64,000 nt of DNA from Raillietiella orientalis (taxonomy: Eukaryota), in the NCBI GenBank assembly GCA_036172245.1, contig JAYWIR010000032.1:1054001-1118000 (forward strand), given 5' to 3'. How positions within the stretch are numbered: position 1 is the first letter of the stretch; the number at the start of each line of letters is the position of its first letter. A program made the position numbers and the translations under genes. Below the pieces are notes generated by a model. It did not search any database. It was given only the letters and a program-made list of their open reading frames with translations, and was not told the DNA's origin. Shown here in pieces: positions 49,740 to 61,449 of the stretch.

Positions 49740-52150
49740 TTCTCCTCTGACCCACGTGACGACCCGACTTCGTTCCCAGGAGCAACCGCAGGACCTCGGC
49801 TTGTGGAGAGAGCAAGAAGAGGGTCCGGAAAGGAAAGGGATGATCTACGGGACCGACCCTTCTACTCACCTCCCCTTCCCTCTTCCGTTCCAGGAAGCCA
49901 CCCGCGTCCTTAGCAACGCCGGTCGCCTCGCGCGAGGGAAGTTTCGGAGAGGAAAGCTGTGCGGAAGGCACACCCCTTCCCATGGGACTCCCTGCTCTCT
50001 CCGTTCGTGATAGGGTCTTCTCCCTCTCCAGCTTCCCTATCCCGGAGGATCCAGCAGTTCGCTGTCTCTCGGGGAGACCAGTGGTTTTCCGGAGGAACGG
50101 ATGCCAGATTGTTCAGCTCCCGGGGCGAATTGCTGCCTTTCCTGTAGGGTGGGTGCGTCTCCTTTCCCAGGAGCCGCTAGGCATTCTGCGCTGGGGGCGA
50201 GCAGTCCCTTGGCAGCATCCCGAAATCACAGGGACGGAACGCGTCCACCTTTCCCTTCCTTCTCGGGCCCACCGCTGCTTCCGCGCCGCGGACTCCGGGA
50301 GCGGGAAGCAAAAGGAAGAGGCTTCTTCCTCGAGGGCTGCCTTCCGGCCGACGCCGGATGTCCGGAGGAACGGGGAGGACACGGGACTGCTGCTCTCCCC
50401 TTTGCTCTTCCCAGAAGTACTATGGCAACGGCGAGGTTTCCAGAGGAGGAATGAACCAGACTTGTTTTTGTTCTTTTCCCCTTTCGTCGGTGTGCTCTCC
50501 TTGAAGATTCCTTTCTTTTGGGTCCAGCACGGCCCCAGAAGCCCCACGCTCCCAGAAATCCTACTGGAAGTCCTGTAGCATCTCACCGGCTCTTCCAGGA
50601 CGGAACCGCGCACCAGTTTGGAACGGTCCTCCCCGGTGCCACAAGAGCGCGTCGCCAAGGGCATCGACGCCCTTCCAACGCCGTGGCTCGCGCCAGTGGC
50701 TTTTCAGGCAAGAGCGCCAATTTTGGGGTGAGCGGAAGATTCCCGGACAGCGCCACCTATTCGCATCTCTCCAGTTTCGTGATCAGTTCGGCAGCGTTGC
50801 AATAGATGCCGTCGCTCTTCCCGGCCTGCACTCTTCGAGCAGTAAAAATGAAAATGAAAAAAGCGACGGAAAAAAAAAAAAAAAATACGTATATACGAGA
50901 CCGCCAGAGAGGCGTTTATTTTCCCCCTTTTTTTTTCTTGGCCACTTGTCGCATGCCGGAGGTGCACGAATCTGAGAGACGGTCGTGACTACTCCCCCGC
51001 CATGCGTGGTCGCCCTCCAGGCAGCGATGCACGGGGAAGGTCAGGAATCTCATGGAGTCTCATGGGTTTGCTCCGACGCGCAGAACTTGCTCTAGCTGAC
51101 TCTCCGAAGCCTCTCAAGTCGCTCGAGGAGGAAAAGGAGGAGAAGAGAGACACACAGAAGCGCCCTTCGTCAACCCCGGGTCACTTTGATCTTATCCAAA
51201 AGGCCGAAAACCCTGGGTCATCGATCAAGGGTGAAGGAACAGGATCTCCGGAAAGACCGGAGACGCCTTCCGTAGTGGAGCCCCCGTTGCCAACGCCACC
51301 CCTGCGACGCTGCGCCGAGGGATCATCAGCCTCCTTCCTGCGGCCGACGTCTCCCGAAGAAGGCGGAAAGGAGGAACGGACGTGGTCGAAGCAGCAGAAA
51401 GGAAGGAGGGGCACTCCCTCTCCGGACGGCCCTACTCACGGAGCCATCAACCTCCCCCTCCCTCCTCCCTTGAGCTCCCGGCTGGAGAGGCGCCAAAGAA
51501 GAGAGGGTGGTCACGTGGTCGGACGTGGTCACGAGAGACAGAGGCGACTTTCCGGTGCCCTCCTCGGCAAGGAAGGGGGAGAGGGGAGGAACCTCGCTGC
51601 AGGCTTCCGTGGGGAAGCCGTGGCAACGCACTGGCGCCCGGGTCGCGCTGAAGGTGTGAGCGCGAATACACGGGAGGGGTTGCTGAGGAAACGCTCACTC
51701 GCGGGCAAAGAGCCTTGGCGAGGCACGTGCAAGAGGGGACCGGGTCTCCTAGCAACGTCGGACGCCCGATTCGATTAATTAGGTGTTGAAAGGAGGAGGA
51801 TTTGATGTCAGGAGCGACGGCGCCTTGAGCAGCGGTTGGTTCCAGCCGATGTAGATGAGGCAGCATCCGGGGGAAGGCGAGGTATTCCCGCCGTTAATGA
51901 ACGCCGGGATCAGAAGGCAGCGAGGGGATCCCGGACATGGATCTCTAGCCGGAAAACCCGGAAGCTGGAAAATCGGGAGGGCCAGAGGCAGCTTCCAGGT
52001 CTAACCGAGACTCCCGGGAGAGCCAGGAGTCAGTTTCCCGGATCCGGGCCAGTTTCATCCCCCCTTCTCGGGGTGAAATTGAGCCTGAGGCTGCAGCCAA
52101 AACGGGGAGGAGGGCCGCAGACCAGCAGCAGCATGCCCTTTTATTATCCG
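49740..52150 (+). pseudogene. Decayed LRR-coding block(s), with A16 at 50870-50885
   Basis: LSVRDRVFSLSSFP; QIVQLPGRIAAF; RAVPWQ; TLPEILLEVL; VISSAALQ*MPSL; LRRAELALADSPKPLKSLEEE. Confidence 0.65.
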
Positions 52151-52879
52151 CAATAAATCGGGAGGTTGATGGAGAGTCCCCCACACACACACTTGCTTTC
52201 CTCTCTCCCCCCCCCCCCACCTCCCCAATTTTTTCTTTAGTCAGCAGGTACGGATCGGGGAAGCGAGGACATCTTTATTGCACGGCATAACCCGACGGGA
52301 TGCCGGGTGTATCGCGGGACTGCTGTCCCCGCTGCCTCGGTCGCAGGGGGATACGAAAGTCGCCGCGTGCACGACATCACGGGAGAGAGGTCAACAGGAA
52401 GGAGGGGGCGATCGGTTCGATAACTCGAGCCAAATGCCATGTTCGGCTGAGTACGGGTTCTCGAGAGAGCGTCGTTCCCCTCTCGGGTTAATGGCGCGGA
52501 GGCCTCAGGACGGCTCGCCATGGAGTAGCCGGAATGAGTCGCGCACTCGCGGTCGGCCGGAAGTCCTCCTTCGGCCCCCGGCTCTCCGGAAGGGGAAGGG
52601 GAGAGGGGGAAGGTAGCGCGACGTCCCTGTACCCCCTTCCACCCGCTCCCGCCGTTTCGATCGAGCCACCCGAAAAGGCAACAGCGGTAATTAGAATGAA
52701 TAGCAGCGATTAATTCCTCGCTTTCGGAAGGGGAGAAGCGAGCGGGAGGTTCTGATTTTTCCGAGCAGTGGAGTTTAAAAGATGTCGCCATCATCGTGAG
52801 AAAGCCGCTGCCATTTCGCAGTGTGTCTCGCTTCTTGTCTCTCTTTTTTTTTCCTTTCCTTCCTCCCTTTCTCTCTCTT

Positions 52880-54250
52880 TTGGGCTCATTTCTGAGGCGT
52901 CGGAATCCTGCGATGAGAGCCAAGTTTCCCGATTCCACATCAGACTACCTGACGCGAAGACGTTCCTCAGAAAGGCGGGAAACTCGCAAAAGGCGGGCGA
53001 GAATCCCGGTTTCCCTCCGTTTTCACGATTCCACTTCTTTCCTTCCTCTTTTTGTAAAGAGGAATCCGATCTTTGGAGGCTTCTGGCAAGCCTGCGGAGA
53101 AGCCACCTGCGTAGGCTACCTGGAACGCGAGCCACGGGGCAGCAACGCCGCAACTGTGGCAACGCGGCGCCCGCAGAGACCGCGAAGCGCGACCAAGAGC
53201 TCAAACGACGCCCTGCTTGAGTGAACAAGACGTTTTTACTTTTCGTGGCTCCAGACGGGGCAGGAGGGGCTCCTCAGGTCCGGATGCGGAAGGGCCGCGT
53301 GAGCGTGCTTGTCCCCTGCCAGCGCCTCGGCGGAGGGATGCAGGCGGAGGGCGGCCGAAAAGGCCAAGAAGAGGAGGAAGCGGGCCGCGCGGAAGAGTCC
53401 CTTTTCCCTCGACGTCCCACGGGTGCAGCGGAACGGAACCGCATCGTTGGCACCGACGGAGGAAAGGCGGAAAAAAGCGCCTCCTCTCGCGCACGCTCGC
53501 GTTTCTGCTCCCGGAGCGCGGGCGGTGGCGGACACCACGGAAGGGGCTATCGATTCCCCGCTTGCTGCGGGACGCAGGACGAACAGACATCACGGTTGTC
53601 CTTGCAGGGTTTTTTTCTTTTTTTTCCGCTTCCGGGAACTTTCAGGACCCATTCGTTCCCCTCGCTTGTCGCGCGGGACGCATTCAGGTGGGATCGATGG
53701 CTCTACCTTTTCTGGATGCATACCGAGAACTGAAGAAACGTTCTCTCGGGAAGAGGAATGAAAATCAGGAGCCCGAAATCAACCCCTGGAGCTTCGAGGA
53801 ACCCAGGGGCCCTGAAGACCAGCGAGGAATCAATCAAAGAATGGGATTTGCCGAAGACTGCAACGGGGACAGCTCGCCCCGGAGCAAGAAAGGCGTGCGA
53901 TTCGGGGCGTACCACAGGAGGGAGGGACGGTTACCAGGGAAACCGCCCGCCAAGGCAGTCTATGCATTCCTTCGGTCGGAACCCAGCGAATCCGGAACCT
54001 GAATGGGAGAAGAGAGAAGGGGGTAGGGGAGAGACCTTGTTGCCCGCGGGCATACGTTCGGGCGACTGTTCCGCTGCCCTCTGCCCCTCGGACCAGGACC
54101 ACGCCTGAACCATCGCTTGCTGGAGGGACCGAACTCTCCGGCGTGCTGCCGCAGCCTGCCGGTACTCGCCGCGTTTCCCTCAAGCAGAAGTCCGCAGGCA
54201 CGGACGGGGGAGGAGAAGAGCGGATGGCCGCATGCGCGCGCGCATCCAGT
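52880..54250 (+). pseudogene. Decayed LRR-coding block
   Basis: LRRSHLRRLP; YRELKKRSLGKRNENQEPEINPWSFEE. Confidence 0.55.
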
Positions 54251-54495
54251 CGGCTCGTTTCACTCGTCCTCCCTTCAGCCTCGAAGGGAAGGAAAGTAGA
54301 CATAAAAATGGAAAACACAACGTCACCTCCTCAGCAGATCACGCCGCGCAAGAAACGGACCTCCGCCGCTCCCGCGACGACAAACGTGACCGGCAAAAAA
54401 CGCGCGCGCGCGCGATCCGGGAACGTGCGTCCTGCTCGGCGCCTCCGGCATCCTTGACCCTGCGGCTCACCCGCTCGACGTCTAGGAAATCTTAC

Positions 54496-54559
54496 CTTCG
54501 AGGAAGGTGATTAGAGGGAAGATTGCGAGACAAATGCCCTTCCTGGAACCATTCGGCAT
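54496..54559 (-). CDS. Candidate first coding (signal peptide) exon of the Beat gene
   Basis: ATG-initiated MPNGSRKGICLAIFPLITFLE plus G, ending at a strong phase-1 donor AAG|GTAAGA. Splicing to 9194 gives ...TFLEG-IHLDGVIVP. An Inr-like TCAGTC lies at 54709-54704. The link is inferred and not all alternative exons were checked. Confidence 0.4.
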
Positions 54560-54849
54560 CCTTAGGCGATGGGGGACTCGCGCTGCATCGGATTCCTCAC
54601 TTTCACAGCAGCATCCTCGTGGTCCCACGCTTTGCTTCCTCCACTTCCGCAACGAGGGACGGGGAGAAGGGAACCAAGCGGCAGGCGGAGGGGCGACGCA
54701 GGGGACTGACTGCGGGAGGCAAACACGCCACTCGCACGAACAGGCGGCATTAAGGATTCCCCGACGTTATAAAAGCAAACGTCAACACATGCGCAAAACA
54801 CGTGCACTCACGTTCGGCCGGCAATCCCCGTGTGAGGACGCAAAAATCA

Positions 54850-56050
54850 AACGAAAGGGGTGCCCGGTCCCTCCTGAGAGCGTACGCTGGGGTTTGCCGG
54901 GGCTGGATCCGTGCCACCGGGAGCAACTAACGGGATGGGGAGGGGGGAACTCGCGGGTGGGTGCGGCTCGTATATTTGTGGGGCTCCAAAGGAACAGTTT
55001 GGCCGCAGCCAGCTCCCCGGAGTAAAGCTCGGAAGCTTTGCTCCTCGTGGAGAAGGGGGGAAGCTGCGTGTTTGATCCGCATTTCGTCTCTACGAAAGCG
55101 CAAAAGTTGATCATCCGAGGATCGTTAGCGATGCCGGTGCATCTTCCCCCCGCTCCGTCGCCTGGTTCGCGAGCTCCTGAACCTCCCGATTTCCTCACGC
55201 GTCCGTAGGTGAAGTCCGCTGGGAGGACCGCGCGCGGAGCGCCGCCGGAAAAGGGGGGGAAATCCACCGCGTGCTGGTCAGCCGTTCTCCAAGCTTTCAG
55301 CGGATATGCGCGGCGCAACCCGTGCATGCGAGGCACGCGCTCAGCGTCCCCGGTCACGGAGCGGGAGCACAGAGGCGGAGATTTTGAGATGGCTCCATTT
55401 TAGGACCGTAGACCCTGGCTTTTCAAGGTCGCTTCCAGACGGATATCATGCGTCTAGACTGGTGGATTAGCAGCGGCTGCGAATGTTCACGAAAGCACAC
55501 TGGAAGCTTCCGCAGAACGCTTTCGATCGCCAAACTTCCTCTTCCAGTCAAGTGGCATCCAGCTAAGTTCGACCTCATCCAAAAAGCGATCGTCTGTTCC
55601 ACGGTTGCCGGACCGAGCGACCACCGCGACCCGCAGGCCTTTCTCGGTCCGCAGCATTCCGTGCAGACGACTTGGGCGGAATGACCTACGCGGATACACC
55701 TACGGAACTCTGCCAGACCTCCCTCCGCCCGACGTCGCACTTCTTCTCCTGCTGTGCCAACGCGCACCCATCGAGTTTCGCCATCCACGTGCACCCTAAG
55801 GCTGCTGGCCCTTCCGCTTCCACTCACCCGCCTAGGTCGGCGCCCTACCGTGTCGACGGGGTTGCATCCGTTCTTTCGGATGTTGCACTGCGCCATCACC
55901 TTGCCGTGGTGACTTGCGCGTGTTCTCCGATTTTCCAGTTCTCGAAGAACGTTCCTGTCCATCCCAGTGGGCCAACAACCGACGCATGCGCTCTCGAAAG
56001 TGAAAGGAAAAGGGAGCCTTCACCCCCTATATACCTTGCCGCAGTCTGGA
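54850..56050 (+). pseudogene. Decayed LRR-coding block
   Basis: RIFVGLQRNSL; KAQKLIIRG; HTGSFRRTLS; HRDPQAFLGPQHSVQTTW. Confidence 0.6.
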
Positions 56051-59000
56051 GAACTCAAGAAAGCACGTTGGTAGTTCCTGAACAAGGAGACAGAGAGACA
56101 GCTCAACGAAATGTCACCTGACGAGGACACAAACCGACAAGATGTCTCCTGACGAGGAGACAACACAACGAGACAACTCCTGGAGCCTCCATCAAGAAGA
56201 GCAGCCAGCGATGGCACGCACGCGACAGCAACATGCCTCCTTCTCCCGGATCTACCCTAAGAAGATGACGATTCCCCCGCAGAAGGTCGTCTGAAGCTGC
56301 TGCACGACAGCGTGATGCCAGAAGCACGCCAAGAAGCGTTTTCGTGCACTCGGAAGGGCGGCGAAGAAACGCGCACGCGGTGGCCCCGCGAGCGAACGCC
56401 TCGGTCCCCTCCTCTTGCGGCCGCACGAGGACGGCGAAGAATTCGCGGAGGGTGGCAGCTCCGAACCCTCCCCCTCGCCCCATATCCGTCGGCACAGCGG
56501 TTGTCCCGAAGGACATCCGCCTTCTGTGGTCCGAAAGGGCCTGCGGACGTCTCTGACGGATGGGGGCTGGCGAGAATGCTCGCATCGAATGAGGACTCAG
56601 CAGGCTGCGTAGGCGATGCCGCGAGCGCCCAGCACGGCAGGCGGACGGAAGGAGACCTGCACCCTTGAAGGCAACGAGGAGTCTTGAAGAAATCGCCTGC
56701 GAGAGGCAGCTTCCGTCGAATACGTGAGGAAGAAAATGCTCCGGCCTGCGGGAGATCCCACGGCTCACGCGAGCAGGGCGCGCTTCCCCTGTTCGGAAAG
56801 CACCCATGCCAAGGAGACGGCGCCTTGCTTCGGGGCGACGCACTCACCGCTCGGCGGAGGACCTCTTTCGGTTGCCGATGAATTTCTTCGTGCCCACCAC
56901 GTGTACGGTCAGTGCGCAGCGGGGACAGCAGGCGCGTAAGGAGTCCCTCAGACACCGTCACGCGCGGGGTGCGAGCAAGTCATCGCCGCGAGACGCGGCG
57001 GATCGGGAGCCCGGACCACGGAGGCTCCGCAAGGAAGCGCCCCTTCCCGCACCTCGGCACTGACTGCGGCGCTCCCCGAGAGCTCTGGTGGAAGCCGTTT
57101 CGGGCACCTTGAAACCCGGAGGACACCGTGGTGGTGAACCCGCTGCGGCGTTTCTTCGCGTAACAAGGACTCGTGGCAGGCGCCCTGATCGCGACGAGAT
57201 GCAGCAGCCGCGCCATCTTATACGCGCTGCAGTTTCGAGCGCAGCCAGGGAACGCCGCACGCACGGCAGCCTCCTTGGAGAGGACGGCCGCAAGGTGGCC
57301 TCGCGTCTGGGAAGAAGAAGTCTCCAGAGAGATGGTCAGCGCGCAGCGATAGCTCCAGGAAGGAAGGAGCAGCTGAACCAAAGACCTCTTCTTCCACTCT
57401 TTTCATCGCTCCTTCTCTCCCGACTTCCTTGGAAGCCGGCCTGCGTGCCTGTGGTCATCCCCATCCGATGACCCGCTTGTGCTGTTTTGCTGGCAGCTCG
57501 GTTCCCAGACACCTGTCAGAGGTCTGTTAATTTTGAAGCGAATGTCCCGGAGCCACTGGACTGCAAGAAAAGCGGGAGCCGGTGGTCTCTAGACAACCCA
57601 TCCGATCAGGGCGGAGCTGCTCCAGGCTGGCGGGAAAGCAGTGACAGCGGGCGAACCTTCTTCTGCAGCACTGGAAGCGGCGAGGCCAGGTCGGGACGGC
57701 GAGATGAGAAGAGGACCGGCTCCCGGTTTCTCCGGCGGAGAAACTGCTCCCAGCACCCGTACCAAAGCGATCGCTGTACGATCCCTGGGTTCGTGGAATC
57801 CGGAGGAAGCGAACCCGGAGGTCACGGGGCACGGAAGACCCCCAGGGAAGGAAGAAGGAGAAGGTGCTGCGGACCGCTACTCCGGAAACAAGTCGGTCCA
57901 TCGGACCAGATGAGGACAAACCCTCACGAGACGTGCGCCTCCGAGCTGGGGTGGTGCGAAGAAGTGGCGAAGGTGGGCGCAGGATGACCGTTGCCGCTGG
58001 TCGCAGCATCTCCAAGAACGCAAGCGTGGAAAAATCTTTCGCACGCCTCCTTGGGCTGCTTGGCAACGGCCGAGCGAAAGGCGGAGGAGGGTCGCAAGCG
58101 TTCGAGAAAGCCCTCGTCTCGACATCCCGGAGCGCCTCCACCCTGGAAAGTCCCGTATCTGTGGGTGGGTCTTCCTGCACGAGGCCAGAAGTCCATTCTC
58201 CGGACCGCGGTTCTGCAAGAGTGGTCATCCGGAACCCTTCGGTCCAGATGACCTGCATCCGCAATCCGATCTTTTCTCCCGGATCCCGGTCCGGGTTCGT
58301 CCGGAGGCAGGCTTGCTCTAGGTGACCCTTGTGGCATGGTCGCCTGACGTTTTGGAACCAGCCCGTTTCCGAAGCGACTGGATTCCAACCCTGGAACACG
58401 TCCGGTGCCACGGGGCAACGGAGGAAGGGGAGCAGAGAGAGCCGAGTGCACTTGCCAGTCGCAAGTCATGGATATGGGGGTCAGGACACTTTGGAGAGCG
58501 CAGACGGTTTCTCTGCTTCGCCTCTGAAAGGGGACCTGCCCCGGTGATGCGAGTGGTGTCTCCAACAAACGGCGGCGCCACGGGAGCTCTCTGGATCTCG
58601 AAAACGCGCGATGGCGGTTCGTGCGAGGAGGGGAAAAAGCTCGGATCTGCGACAGTCCAGGGACGTGCGTCGAAATCATCTCGCGGAGCCGGTGACGGAT
58701 GGGCAGATCGACTGTGGGGAAGTTGTCCACCTTCCCCACCCCAACCTCTTTAGCACTGTTTGCTCTCCTCCTCTCCTGTGCGCCTGTGCCTCTGGCCGAG
58801 GCAGCTGCGAGTGTTCCTCCATCGCCCCGTCGACTCTAGGTGTCTCTTCCAGGAGCAGACCGGGGAAGGAGACCGCTTACCAGATTCACCGCAACCACTT
58901 GTGTTCTTTTTGCCAATGTTCATCACTGTCCCTATCACTGGCCGTTCTTCGTCACATATAGGAACGGCACACTCCTGGGTGTTCCAGGCTCCATTCTCGA

Positions 59001-61430
59001 ATGAGCTATTTGGTTCAAGGGTCATCTGATGGAGACGTTGAGCTCCTTGGAACTCTTCAAGTTGTCGGATTCTTTATGGAGACGAAGGAGATCGATGTGC
59101 ACAGAGCGCACTCATAGGAGTCAAGGTAGCCATGTCATCAACCACGGATATCTCCGTGACGGTGAAGACGTCAACATCAAAGTCGGGAGATGCTTTTGGA
59201 ATTGTCATGGGACTGTCATGGAATGGGTGGATTCCATTCATTAGAGATCTTTTCTCATTAAATACCAACATGACTTGATGATTTCTGCGTTCTAATAAGA
59301 GTAGTTCCCATTGGCTGCACTTGGCTAATCTTTCGATCCGTGTAGTTAGAGAGATGAGGTATTTGAGGCTGTAAAGGATTTTCTATTGCCCCTATTCGCA
59401 TCCTTCACAGGCAATCCTCTCACCGGGCTAAGGGAACTCCATGAATAACCTGACCTAATAAAACAGTTCGAACAGAAAAGTATAAAAAATAGCAACGTCG
59501 TGCACGAAGGCGTTGAGTACTGTTACCTGTCCATTCCAGTACCCGCGAATCTATCCCATCTATCTCATTTTCCAGAAGTTATCTCGAGACTCCTGATGAT
59601 TTGCATGGGAATTTTTCTGCTTCATCGAACGGAATTCTGTCGCTTAGCCCGCGAGAAGTTTGGATTTGCATGCGCCGAGTTTCGAAAGGTGGATTTACAG
59701 CATGCAAGAATTTCCTAATATCCCGAAAGCGGCTGGGGGTAGCACTCGCAAAAGGAAGCCAAAAGTTTTCTACTTTAGGAGGAATTTCAAGACGATGGGA
59801 AGGCAAAGAGTAGCGTGAATAGTTTGTACTGTCTCGGCACAGATCACAATGCCCCGTAAGGGCTTCAAGGCACCCGTGATGGACCATGAGAATTACGAGT
59901 CCGTGGATGAGCATCACGGCAAGAAGTCCACGCATGGAAAGTGGGAGCCGCTGGTCTCTAGGCAACCTGTTTCCAGCCAAGGTGCTCCGAGGTGGTGGGA
60001 AAGCAATGAAAGCAATGAATCTTCTTCCGGAGCACTGGAAGAAGCAGAGTCAAAGCAAGAGGACACGATCAGAGAGGATTGGCTCCCCGCTTCATCCACA
60101 AAGGAGCATTACCAGCATCCGTACCAGAGCGATCGACGTAAGATTCCGCGAAAACTATCACGTGAACAAGGCTGACAAGCTTGCTTCCTTTTGATACAGT
60201 GGACAAAGAACAGTGGACCACATTGAGAAGTGGACAAAGAACCATAGTTGTGGGCCATTGAACAAGGACCAGTGGGTATAGAATGATAGACGCAGGATAG
60301 TAGGCAGAGAATGGTGAGCACTGAATAGTGGACAAAGAGAAGTAGGCATAAAGAAGTGGACAAACAACTGTAGACGCAGAAATAGTGGACAGGGAACAGG
60401 TAGCATGGAATGGTAGGCAAAGAACAGGCATAGGACAGTGGGCATAGAAGGGTGATGATAGAATATTGCTTATACAGTAGCGCAGGCATTGAAATAGTGA
60501 ACGTGGACTACCACTACTCTGTGTCCAGTGCACGTCTCGGCAGCGAGTTTCGCAACGATCGAACTGGTGTACTGGGAGGCCGGTCGGCATTCCCTCAGCA
60601 GCAGCTTCCATGTAGCATTTCCCGATCGTTGATTCTTCACAATTCCCTGCGTCACAGCACTTAGGCGGCGCGAAACACGTCGAGGAGGCGGCACGAAACA
60701 CTTCTCCATAAGCAAATGCTGAGCTTCCGGTGTTCTCATGGAGAAAGAAGTGTGTGCTATCCGTCCTGGAATTTGAATAAGCAAGGGACCGAAATTTATG
60801 TGGCTCCTCAAGGGACAGACCGCTCCTAATCCTCTGCTTATGGAGAAGGATGGACTTTGGGATGCCATTCCAAGGCGGCGTACATGCGACTGTGGAAGCG
60901 GCGCCACGAATTGCATTCAATGTGCAAGTGAGGCGCTCCATGCAGCTTTCCAGTGCGTGCGTGCGTGAGTGCTTGAGGACACCCAGGTTCCGTGACATCT
61001 CAGCTGCCGCCGCTCGGCACCACCTGCAGCATCCGCTTTTCAGCTTCCCCCTTCCGTCTGTTCGCGCCCAACCGGCAGCACCCGGCGAGCGCGCCCATCC
61101 GAGTTTTCCGAGCCGCGAATTCCCGGTTTCGGACGTCCACGCCTGGTTCCCCGGATCGCCATCGTAGAATTCCCACTTCGTGGCGTCCGCATTTCGCTGC
61201 AGAATCGAAGTCGGCCGAAGGTACGGACCCCGCCCCAGAAAAGAAGAGAGCAGATGCACTCCTTGGCAGAAGAGCAAAAGTCGGAAGCGTCGGGGGAAGC
61301 GGGAAGCCTTCAACCAAAGCTGCTTGCGCATCTCCATTGGCCGCCTCCTCTACCAAGGAGGAAGAAGTAGAATGCTTTCCCTCGGCGCGGGTGGCGACCT
61401 GCCGGCTCTCGAGGGTCACCGAAACCACAG
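56050..61430 (-). pseudogene. Decayed LRR-coding block(s), at least two paralogous copies
   Basis: WNGIPKSILLHKQRIRSGLSLEEPHKFRSL; GEVFRAASST; NLKSSKELNVS/MTLEPNSSFEN; APDVFQG; HLEQACLRTN; LRDVETRAFSNA; AKDFSTLAFLEML; KRVEEEVFGSAAPSFLELSLRADHL; DDLLRGNRHLLRVD. Confidence 0.8.
60194..60510. repeat. Degenerate minisatellite with a ~13-14 bp unit (core AGTGGACA(A/T)AG)
   Basis: Recurrent ACAGTGGACAAAGA, GAAGTGGACAAAGA, ATAGTGGACAAAGA and ACAGTGGGCATAGA variants. Confidence 0.8.
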
Positions 61431-61449
61431 CCTAATGGGGCAGGTCTCT

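Noticed and set aside
56111..56163. CRISPR-like repeat (two ~22-nt ATGTC.CCTGACGAGGA.ACAA copies)
   Set aside because: There are only two copies with a very short spacer in eukaryotic DNA, so this is a small local duplication.
60069..61337. Long ORFs of the track (422 aa here; also 1418-2584, 20496-21644, 45021-46049, 48495-49565) as intact genes
   Set aside because: They show no coherent domain or splice structure, and LRR motifs appear only patchily. They are explained by GC-rich decayed coding DNA and a minisatellite.
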